Below, piece by piece: positions 54,715 to 64,000 of a DNA stretch of 64,000 nucleotides. The stretch covers positions 1,488,001-1,552,000 of the forward strand of contig OX597823.1 in assembly GCA_951406725.2 (NCBI GenBank), read 5' to 3'. Under the pieces are notes generated by a model that saw nothing but the letters and a program-made list of their open reading frames with translations, was not told the origin of the DNA and made no database searches. The translations under genes and the position numbers were made by a program. Each line of letters opens with the position of its first letter. Position 1 is the stretch's first letter. The DNA comes from Octopus vulgaris (lineage: Eukaryota).

Positions 54715-57032
54715 GTTATTATTATTATTATGTGATGAAAACTCACAGCTTATTTTGCTGGGTACGATGGAAAGTGTCAGCTGTCCAGAGCCAGCAGACT
54801 AAGGTGACGTCTATTAACTGTCATGCTTCAAGAACCCTGCAAATAATTCTTGCAGTTACAAGCAATGCTAATTTTTGTAGGTGTTCTACATTTACATTTG
54901 TACCAATCTTTTTCTGTCATGTTGGTAGCTGAGTGCTGATACTTCCAAGTGCACCAATTACTATTGGTATCACGTCTACTCTCCTCATTGTCCACAACCT
55001 TCGTATTTCCCACTTTAAATCGCCATAGTTGTTTATTTTTTCTTCTTCTTTCTCATTGATCCTGTTGCCACTGGGACATGCTATGTTGATAATAATACAT
55101 GTTCTTTCTTTTTTATTCACCACAATAATGTCCGGTTTCCAATGTCTGGTCAGGTGATCGCACTGGATCACTGCATCCCACAGGATTTTGCAATTCTCAT
55201 TCTCGGTGACTCCTTCTGAAGTTTGCTCATACCACGTCTTTGCTTTGATTTCCACAGAGTTCACAATAGATCCTTCTTGCCACATTGTCATGCTGTCTTT
55301 TGCATTCGAGTTGTGCCAATTTCGGTCACTCGCTAACGGTAGTGTTGTCAATTCTGCACTTCATATAATTGGTCCTTAACGCTTGTTCCTGAGTGCTTCT
55401 GTCTCTATCTTTAGGTCACTCCTCCTCATTCATAGCCACCGGTCCTCTCTATCTGTCTTGACGTTTACATCTCTTGCAAACCCACCGAACATTTTTCCTT
55501 CCATGCTTTTTCTTCTTTTTTTTGTTCATTTCTTATTTAAATTTTTTCTTTAGTTATACAATTTTCAGTTTTCATGAGGTCGGTATTCTTCGTGTGCTTC
55601 AACAGTAGCTCCACGGCATCTTTTATATACCACTCCAAGCTGTTTTCCTGTGCTTTGATACAGTCCTGGCAAATGATCCAATCTTTCTCACCCTTTCCCC
55701 TGGACAAGTACAGCCTATCAGCACCACTCTTAGGGTGGAAGGCTCCGTGTACTGACAGCATTTTTCTGGTTTTGATATCTATTTTCTTCATTTCTCTCTT
55801 TTACCATTTTATAATTCCCGCTCCATACCGAAATGATGCTATCACCCACGTATTAACTGCTTCGATTTTATTCCATCCAATCAATTTTGGGCGCAGCACC
55901 AACTTCAGTCTTCGGAAATACGCCATCCTCAGTTGCTCCCTCATTTCGCTTTCCATTATCTCGTTGCACCATTATTATTTTCCGATTAATTTATATTTTA
56001 TTTCATCTTCCGGTCGGGTCTCAACCGAAGACCTAAGGTACGTATATATTAGATGAAGAGAAACTTCCTGAGAATGTGGACGGTTGATATCAACACAAGT
56101 TTTTGAGTCTCATAAATTGTTGGTTTCCCAAGGATCTGACCAAAAAATGTTTCACTACCTTTCTTGATCATTCCCAGGGCACTTACAATAACAGGGTTAG
56201 TTTTGGTTTTTAATCTCCACATCTTAGATGTCTCAATCTCAAGGTGCTTATATTTGGACAGTTTTTCAAATTCCTTTGATGAGATGTTTCTATCAGTAGG
56301 CATTGTCATATCAATTAACAGTTATAGTTTTTGTCTTGGGTCTTTGATGACGATGTCTGGTCTGTTTTTATATTTATTTGATTGTTAGTATCCCATAGGA
56401 TGGTAGCATTCTCTCCTTCAGTGACTGGATCTGGATGGTGTTCATACCAGTTTTTAGGATACGGAATACCATAGTGACGGCATACGTTCCAATGCAGGTA
56501 TTGGCCAACTCGATCGTGCCTCGTTTTATATTCTGTACGGGCAAGGACTGAGCAACCGTCGACGATGTGGTTGATACTCTCCAGTTTGTCATCGCAGAGT
56601 CTACACTTTCTCTCTACCCTATTGTGTGTAACATTAGCTTGATCGTGAGGAGGCTCTGATCTTGTGCCGCTACGATAAATTCTTCCGTTTCGGCTTTAAA
56701 GCCAGCACTCTGCAGCTACTAAAGAGTTCTCATACTTACATCAGCTATGGTCTTTCTTGCCACAGTCTCCATATTTCCTTCAAGCTTTCCTATCTTACAC
56801 TTTTTTGCTGCCTTAGTGGGTGCTGTGTCCCCCTTATCATCATCATAAATATGCTGGTTAAGCTCTCGTCTGTATTTATAAGCCTCCTTTGAAACTGAGT
56901 GCACCTTCTTACTCTGTTCATGCTGCCTTACCAGTTGTATCGTCGCTGTTACTTTGGATGTAGACTTGGAGTCCTATCGTGACCGTTTTATAGGACGTTT
57001 CAGATTGGATCAGACCTCTACCACCTTCCTTT
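53522..57032 (-). mobile_element. Stack of older decayed R4/Dong fragments (several families), all minus strand
   Basis: RLE and RT-thumb motifs in 53863-54069, 54480-54625, 54917-55351 (ILWDAVIQCDH..KPDII), 55537-55791, 56049-56309, 56918-57030 (EGGRGL). Confidence 0.85.
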
Positions 57033-57051
57033 TTATTATTATTATTATTGT

Positions 57052-57101
<50 letters not shown>

Positions 57102-57502
57102 TACTTTACAACATATATATATGAGTAACAGTAGAGGTACATGTGTCAATCCATTAGGCCTTTCCTAACGACTCCTTTAATTGATTAATGTAAACCTTAC
57201 ATCATTGTAAAGAAGCCGTTTTCGTCAGATGAATTAATGAACTTCAAAATAAAAGATATTCGAAATGATTTAACATAGCTGCGTCTAATTGTCTACATAA
57301 ACTGCAAGAATATCATTCGGAGTGTACTTATGTACCAAGTTAGATATTTACATAATATTGTTGTGTGTGTACATTATTCCGACCTAATGAGGTGCCTCAA
57401 TTTAAGTAACTAATTCAACTGAATCTTACTTATGTGTGTGTGTCTGTGTGTCTGTGTGTGTGTGTATAGCTTTAAATAAAACTATTCTCTTGTATTTTCC
57501 AG

Positions 57503-57692
57503 CTGTTGCCAACCCACAGATTTTGGCCTCCAACAAGCAATAATCAACTGCAAGAACGGTGAAAAAATGCGGAAGATTGTGAAATTTGCCATTAACTGCC
57601 ATTGTCGACCTTGTGTTTTGAAACCTAGGGTTACACTTAAAGATCTGCGCCTCATGCTCAGGATGTCCACCAGAAAACATTGGCCCAACTGA
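57503..57692 (+). CDS. burs: Bursicon alpha-like cystine-knot hormone, coding exon 2 (terminal)
   Basis: Acceptor ttctcttgtattttccAG|C. The phase-2 join gives AG+C=Ser, then CCQPTDFGLQQAIINCKNGEKMRKIVKFAINCHCRPCVLKPRVTLKDLRLMLRMSTRKHWPN*. CCQ...C...RK...CxCRPC is the bursicon-alpha C-terminal pattern. 11 Cys in the joined mature region. Confidence 0.8.
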
Positions 57693-57728
57693 GAGATTGC
57701 GGCCAGGTTCTGCGGCTGATCATTGCAC

Positions 57729-57734
57729 AATAAA
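57729..57734 (+). terminator. Candidate polyadenylation signal of the bursicon-like gene
   Basis: AATAAA 37 nt downstream of the TGA stop; usage not verifiable from sequence. Confidence 0.4.
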
Positions 57735-58001
57735 TATAGAGATCTCTTTCTAGCTACGGACACACTAACAAACATGCGCAGAGACACACAGACAAATTCC
57801 AATAAGTAAACGCTCGCTCTCGTATTTGCGCACATTTAATTCCCAGAGAAACACAGACACGAACTCACACACACACACACACACACACACGCACGCACAC
57901 ACACACACACACACACACACAGAGTTATGTGTGTAATTATTTTAACACAATTTCGCGCATATTTCCTCATATAAGATACTCACACATTGATCCACATCGT
58001 A

Positions 58002-58046
<45 letters not shown>

Positions 58047-58361
58047 ACCTAGCGAATCCATTCCCACCGACCAACGCACACCGGTAATTACATAGCCACG
58101 GATATACGCACACGAACAGACACAACAGAGGTAAGGCATGCTTAGGTGGACCCTTATAAAAATTCAACAACAACTTTAATCCGCTAGAATATCATCAAAC
58201 ATTACAACCAACAGCAACTTTGAAAGGCATTGTAGCCACCACTTCTCCATGGCAATACTTATATCACAAACAATAGGCCAACGGTATTTACGAGCAACTT
58301 TACAAACACGAGTGATTACATCGGGAAACAACAATAGACAAAGACAATATGATGGCAATGG

Positions 58362-58549
58362 TCACCACCACTACCACCACTACCACCACCACTACCACCA
58401 CCACCTCTACTACTACTACTACTACAACTACTACCACCACTACCACCACCACCTCTAATACTACTACTACTACAACTACTACCACCACCACCACCACCAC
58501 TACTACTACATTTACTACTGCTGCTGCTGCTACTACCACCACTACTACA

Positions 58550-58635
<86 letters not shown>

Positions 58636-58900
58636 TAATAATGATAATAATGCAACTTCAACTAACAACCACAGCAGTAACCACACACTGTCAACATCGA
58701 CACCCCACCACAAACAACAGCACAATACTACCACCACCACCACCACCACCGCCGCCGCCGCCCACCATTACCACCACCTCCACCACCTCCACCCGCAACA
58801 CCAATGCAACCAACACCAACAACGGCGCCGAGACTGCCACACCACCACCACCACCACCATGCGCAACTGTAAGAGAAATAACACCATTTACTTTCTTTAA
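58362..58900. repeat. Compound (ACT/ACC/AAT)n low-complexity tract
   Basis: Direct reading. Confidence 0.9.
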
Positions 58901-59946
58901 CACCAACCACGTAGACATCTTCAGGACACAAACAACAACAGCAACAGCAACACGCCTCCCATGCCACACCACAACGAATACTTGTATTTACGGCCACACG
59001 AAAAACATCACCCAACACGAAAAACAATAAGAAAACCTGGAATAATAAAAAAAAAAGGAGCATAAAATGAAATCTAAGAAATACTTGTTGAACCGACACC
59101 GCCATCACGAAGGGAGTTGCATGAGACTTCCTTGTAAACCACTCCACCATCACCACTCCCCACCACCCAGTACTGCTGCTACTACTACTACTACTATTAC
59201 TACTACAACTATATTTCAGTCGACCCGCACCCACCCAGGTACATCTTTTAGAACAAACCAGAAGACAAACGACCCTGATTCTCTGTTCCAAAAACGAGCT
59301 GACGATGACGACGATGTTGATGATGATGACGATGATGACGATGATGGTGATGACGACGACGATGACGACGACTATGACTACGATGATGACGCAATGAGCG
59401 ACGATGATGCTGATACTGATGTTGATCATCATCATCATCATCATCATCATCATGTGAAGAAGAATTCCAAACACAACGGTTTCTTCCATGTTGTGTAATT
59501 TCATTCTTTCGTTCTTTCTTTTGTTATTTTTTTCCTATTAAATTTTGATTTTCTTTCTGCACGGAGTGAAGAATCGAACCCTTGAAACCAATAAACAAAA
59601 ACCAACAGCAGTTGGCAAGGAAATTATTGGGTTCAGCTGGGGTGCGGTGGCGGACGGTGATGAAACAACTTCTCCTTTCTTTCTCAATCATACTCTTTCC
59701 CTCGTCTGCTCTTCCAATCGCCTGCACTCTCCATCTTTCTCTTCTCTCCCTTTCTCACTCTCTCTCTACCAATATCTCTCTCTCTCTCTCTCTTTATCTA
59801 TCTATCTAGCCATCTATGGTACTCTCAACCAGTTTCTCAATCTCACACACATACATATAACTTTTCCCTTTATTTTTCTTCTTTCTTTCTTTCACTCTCT
59901 CATTCTCTCTTTTCTGTTTGTATACACACACACACACACACACACA

Positions 59947-60001
<55 letters not shown>

Positions 60002-60222
60002 TATAGACACGTGTATGTATATATGCATATATACATGGATGTATATATGTATAAATGTGTATATGTGTGTGTATACACATTTATATATATAATATATTTA
60101 TATATACACATATATATACATATATGCATATATATATTTGTATATATGCAAATATACATAATATATGTGTGTATATATAAATGTATATATATGTACACAT
60201 TCATATATATATATATATATAT

Positions 60223-60254
<32 letters not shown>

Positions 60255-60255
60255 A

Positions 60256-60336
<81 letters not shown>

Positions 60337-60816
60337 GAATATAGACCTACATTAACATTGATCTCTCATTCACAGATGCTATGCTGAGTGTGAATAAAGT
60401 TATATTTTGTTGTCTTGGCTTGCCTTTAGTTTTCATATCTTCTCTATTCCAAATTTTTCTAACTGTTGGTGCTTTTATTATTTTACAATTTTTTTCGAGG
60501 GCTAATGCCCATAATACGAAGAATTATTTCACAAATTTCCAAGATGGTGTACTGACACAATTGTTTGCGTGTCGGGCAAATTACTCTGCGCTATTTCTCC
60601 CAGCTCTCTATGTTCTGTGTTCAAATTCCGCCGAGATCGACTTTGGCTTTAATCATTTCGGGGTTCACAGGACATAAGTGAGTAATCTATTCCCCTAAAA
60701 TTGCTAGCTTTGAGCCAAAGTTAAAAGAAATCTTTATTATAGCTGTATCAGGTATTTGTAACGTCAAACTATTAGTTGGAGAAGACAGTTAAGACCATGT
60801 CAAAATGATAAACATG

Positions 60817-60877
<61 letters not shown>

Positions 60878-60881
<4 letters not shown>

Positions 60882-61005
60882 GGGGACGGGAGAGAACACC
60901 GGGGACGGGAGAGAACACTGGGGACGGGAGAGAACACCGGGGATAAGGAAAGAACACCGGGGACGTTTAAGAGAGAGAACACTGGGGACGTTTAAGATGT
61001 GAGAA
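60878..61005 (+). repeat. G-rich tandem repeat, unit CACYGGGGACGGGAGAGAA (~6 units)
   Basis: Three near-exact 19-mers then three variants. Confidence 0.9.
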
Positions 61006-62091
61006 CGATAAAACAGAGCTCCGAAATCTATCCACAAACATCGAAAACAAAGACATCCTATGGAGCCAAAAATTTACTAACAAAGGATTGAACTATATCC
61101 GAGTAAGTAATACTAATTGAAATTTATTACTATTTTCGAAACGAAATGATATATTTTAACTCGATATCATCTCCACCTCCAACACAACACATGTAAACAT
61201 GCGTGGTATATTACGATCCATCAACACCAGATCATCCCCAACCCCAAGCACCATGTACAAAAAAACTACGAAGAAATAAAATAACACCGATATTATTCAA
61301 CCCATGAATAACAATCGGGAGGTACGTACTTTAAACTTACAACACAAAATGTACGAAAAACTACACGTGCAAAACAATGTGAAAACAGAAATGAACGGAC
61401 CGGTACCCTACGAAAATGACGACCGTCAAAATAATGGACCGGGTGTTGTACCTCATGTCCAGCAAATAAAACCCAAGAGACATAAATGGACACGTGAGGA
61501 ATACATTTCTATCCTACACGCTTACTTCACAGCAGTGCTCTACCCCAAAAATGTAAACACAACAACACATACATATAAAATATGAAAGGAAAATAACATA
61601 AATATAGACTTGGATACAGCAATGAACCCTAATAAAATAGCTAACGTACGAAGATACATTCTCAAAGCAAAAAAAATATCAGAAATAGAAATAGAACATC
61701 TAAAGAAAAAATACACCAGGAAAATGTAGATAGAAGCCACACAATAATGCCCGACAATATAAACACTGAAACAGTAAAACACGAAGACAAACGTAACATT
61801 CCCAACAAACACGATGCAAACAAAAAACAACAAACCCAGACCGTAAGGATGCATAATAATACAAGACAAACAGCAAGCCAAAACACGACAAACAAACATA
61901 CAAATGAATTCAGACAAATACATAACAAAAACACCAGGACTTACAAACACATATAACATACAGAAAATTGCGCAGAACACTTTCCATACAATAACCATCA
62001 GAGCATCACAACAAATCACAGCACATACCTAAGGCACACAGAGCGGCGCTCGATAGTGAAGTGAAAGCACGCTATAAAAATAAAACTACTG
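60878..62091 (+). mobile_element. Internally deleted R4/Dong family A element (5' end + N-terminus fused to 3' end)
   Basis: (AAT)n both sides; 5' ~19-bp repeats; KRHKWTREEYISILHAYF..TYKI*..NKIANVRRYILKAKKISEIEIE (R4-type N-terminal Myb-like domain); jumps near 61908 to ttcagacaaatacataac..aaaactactg. Confidence 0.8.
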
Positions 62092-62095
62092 AATG

Positions 62096-62153
<58 letters not shown>

Positions 62154-62174
62154 TAATAATAATAATAATAATAG

Positions 62175-62318
62175 TAACAACTAAAGGAGCTAAAGGAGAT
62201 GGACAAGAAGTCAAGAAAGTTCCTAAAGATGCACGAAGCCCATCATCTACGTGCAGACTCTGATCACCTATACATGAAGAGAGAAAATGGAGGAAGGAGA
62301 CTGATGTGTGTGGAAGAC
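62175..62318 (+). mobile_element. R4/Dong RT-thumb fragment
   Basis: LKEMDKKSRKFLKMHEAHHLRADSDHLYMKRENGGRRL. Confidence 0.75.
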
Positions 62319-62995
62319 TCGGAACTTTCCAGAAAGGAATTCCTCCGCTTCCTCCACCTCCTCGGAACTTTCCAAGAAGCAATCTTTTACCCTCTTCGGA
62401 ACTTTCCAGAAAGTAGTTTCACCCCCTCCTCTGAACTTTCCAGGAAGTATTTCCACACCTTCTTCCCCCTCCTCGGAACTTTCCATTAAGTAATTCCTCC
62501 CCTTCATCGGAAATTTTATTAACTATTTCCTTCCCTTCCGCCCCTTCTCAGAGCTTTCCAGAAAGTAATTTCGCCGTTCATCGGAACTTTCCATGCAGTA
62601 ATTCCGCCCCTCATTGGAACTTTCCATGAACTATTTCCTCCCCTTCCTCCCATCGGAACTTTCCAAGAAGTAATTCCTCTCCTTCTTGGAACTTTCCATG
62701 AAGTAATTCCACCCCTCCTTGTAACTTTCCAGGAAGTAAGACCTCCCCTTTCTTCTTTCCTCGGAACTTTCCAGGTATTAATTACTCCCCATTCGCGGAA
62801 CTATCCATGAAGTAATTCCTCTCCTTCTTGGAACTTTCCATGAAGTAATTCCACCTCTCCTTGGAACTTTCCAGGAAGTAAGTCCTCCCCTTTCTTCTTT
62901 CCTCGGAACTTTCCAGGTATTAATTACTCCCCATTCGCGGAACTATCCATGAAGTAATTCCTCCCCTTCCTCGGAATTTTCCATGGACTATATCC
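62319..62995 (-). repeat. Minisatellite of CCTCGGAACTTTCCAGGAAGTAATT units (reverse of 38998 motif)
   Basis: Repeated ggaactttcca(g/t/a)gaagtaattcc; higher-order ~130-bp duplication in 62670-62960. Confidence 0.85.
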
Positions 62996-63796
62996 TCCCC
63001 CTCTGTTCACCATATATGTGCTTCATATGCTGACTAAAGTAAGGCCTCAATGTTTATTTGTTTATCTGTTTACATAACCTTTCTGAAAGCTACTGGACGG
63101 GGTTCGGAAGGGTGGGTTAAAAAGGTCAAAACTTATTTCCTTCATCGATGTCTTCCTCGTGGTTTTCTTCATCCCACAACGTACCAGCTCCCTTTATAAC
63201 CACAGTGTTCCTGCCACCACGGGGTGGGGGTTGTACGTGGTCGCTCAGTTAGCTAGAAATATCTCCAATAAGTCTCACTTTTTGTGAAGGACGCATAAAA
63301 TAAGTGTAATCGAGATACACTATAACTGAATAAAAGGAGGCATGGTCTCGGCTGGACCGTTTTTGAATCATTCACCTTCAGCATCAGGTTTGACTTGGAG
63401 CTAAACAACAAGGAAATGTAATTAGTCCGAGATACGCTGTGTAAAATAGATGGAATGGTCACGACTGGAACACCTTTGATAATGTATTTTTTTCCATCGG
63501 AAGAGTCATTCTTAAGGATGACTGATGACTTGTGCGATGGAGAAACGTTGTGGACCATCGAGCTCATTCTCTCATCCGTGGCCATCTTTAATCCAGTGGC
63601 AAGAGCGAGTGAAAACGATTAGGGATGAAGGCGGATGCCATGGATGACCCCAAGATCTCTTACCTGCCACATATTGCATTCTGCACTCCACAATGTCTTG
63701 GCGCAGCCATCTTACCCTCAACCACGAAGGTTTCTTCCGTTGAGTCCGTTAGATCCAGTTTTCACATGCAGAGGTAGGCATGTCCTACTATGTTAA

Positions 63797-64000
63797 CCCC
63801 TTGACAACGGTTGACGCAAATATGCGATCACACGTTTGTGATCGCATATTTAACAAACGACTACGCTGCTACTCGTCCTCAAAGTGAATCCGAGCATATC
63901 CCCGACAGGTTCCCGGCGAAGGCGATGAAATCAAAGTGTTTCTTGCGCTGCTTATTCTCATGGGCATCGTAAGAAAACCCACCCTCGGTTCGTATTGGAG
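63797..64000 (+). mobile_element. piggyBac transposon left end and transposase fragment (runs off window)
   Basis: TTAA|CCCC at 63793-63800; palindrome aaatatgcgatcac..gtgatcgcatattt; DEIKVFLALLILMGIVRKPTLGSYW from 63924. Confidence 0.8.

Noticed and set aside
60878-61005. CRISPR-like appearance of short repeats (also 38998-39512, 62319-62995)
   Set aside because: No unique constant-length spacers, no cas genes, eukaryotic context.
63253-63585. 110-aa minus-strand ORF
   Set aside because: No motif recognised; possibly decayed transposon sequence.

Overview
AT-rich, microsatellite-saturated animal DNA. The SINE, Helitron and LINE families point to a cephalopod, most likely Octopus (inference). 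Most ORFs in the track are translated simple repeats. One host gene can be built from the sequence, and the ORF track does not show it whole. It is a two-exon, 169-aa secreted 11-cysteine cystine-knot protein of the bursicon-alpha type (+ strand, CDS join 49412-49731, 57503-57692). Its 7.8-kb intron is filled with antisense R4/Dong retrotransposons. The rest is a layered transposon landscape. It includes (TAA)n-associated R4/Dong RLE-LINEs and two long CR1/L2-group LINEs, one with a 929-codon uninterrupted ORF and one full-length with a Myb/trihelix + CCCH ORF1. It also holds tRNA-derived SINEs sharing a 3' tail with those LINEs, non-autonomous Helitrons, and mariner, piggyBac and RTE remnants. 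Many Penelope-like (PLE) remnants sit in (TA)n tracts. They carry minimal hammerhead ribozyme motifs, including a U3-A8 compensatory core variant, and co-occur with numerous foldback inverted repeats. Two arrays dense in STAT-like and kappaB-like motifs are also present. All calls come from reading by eye. Element boundaries are approximate unless exact motifs are quoted.
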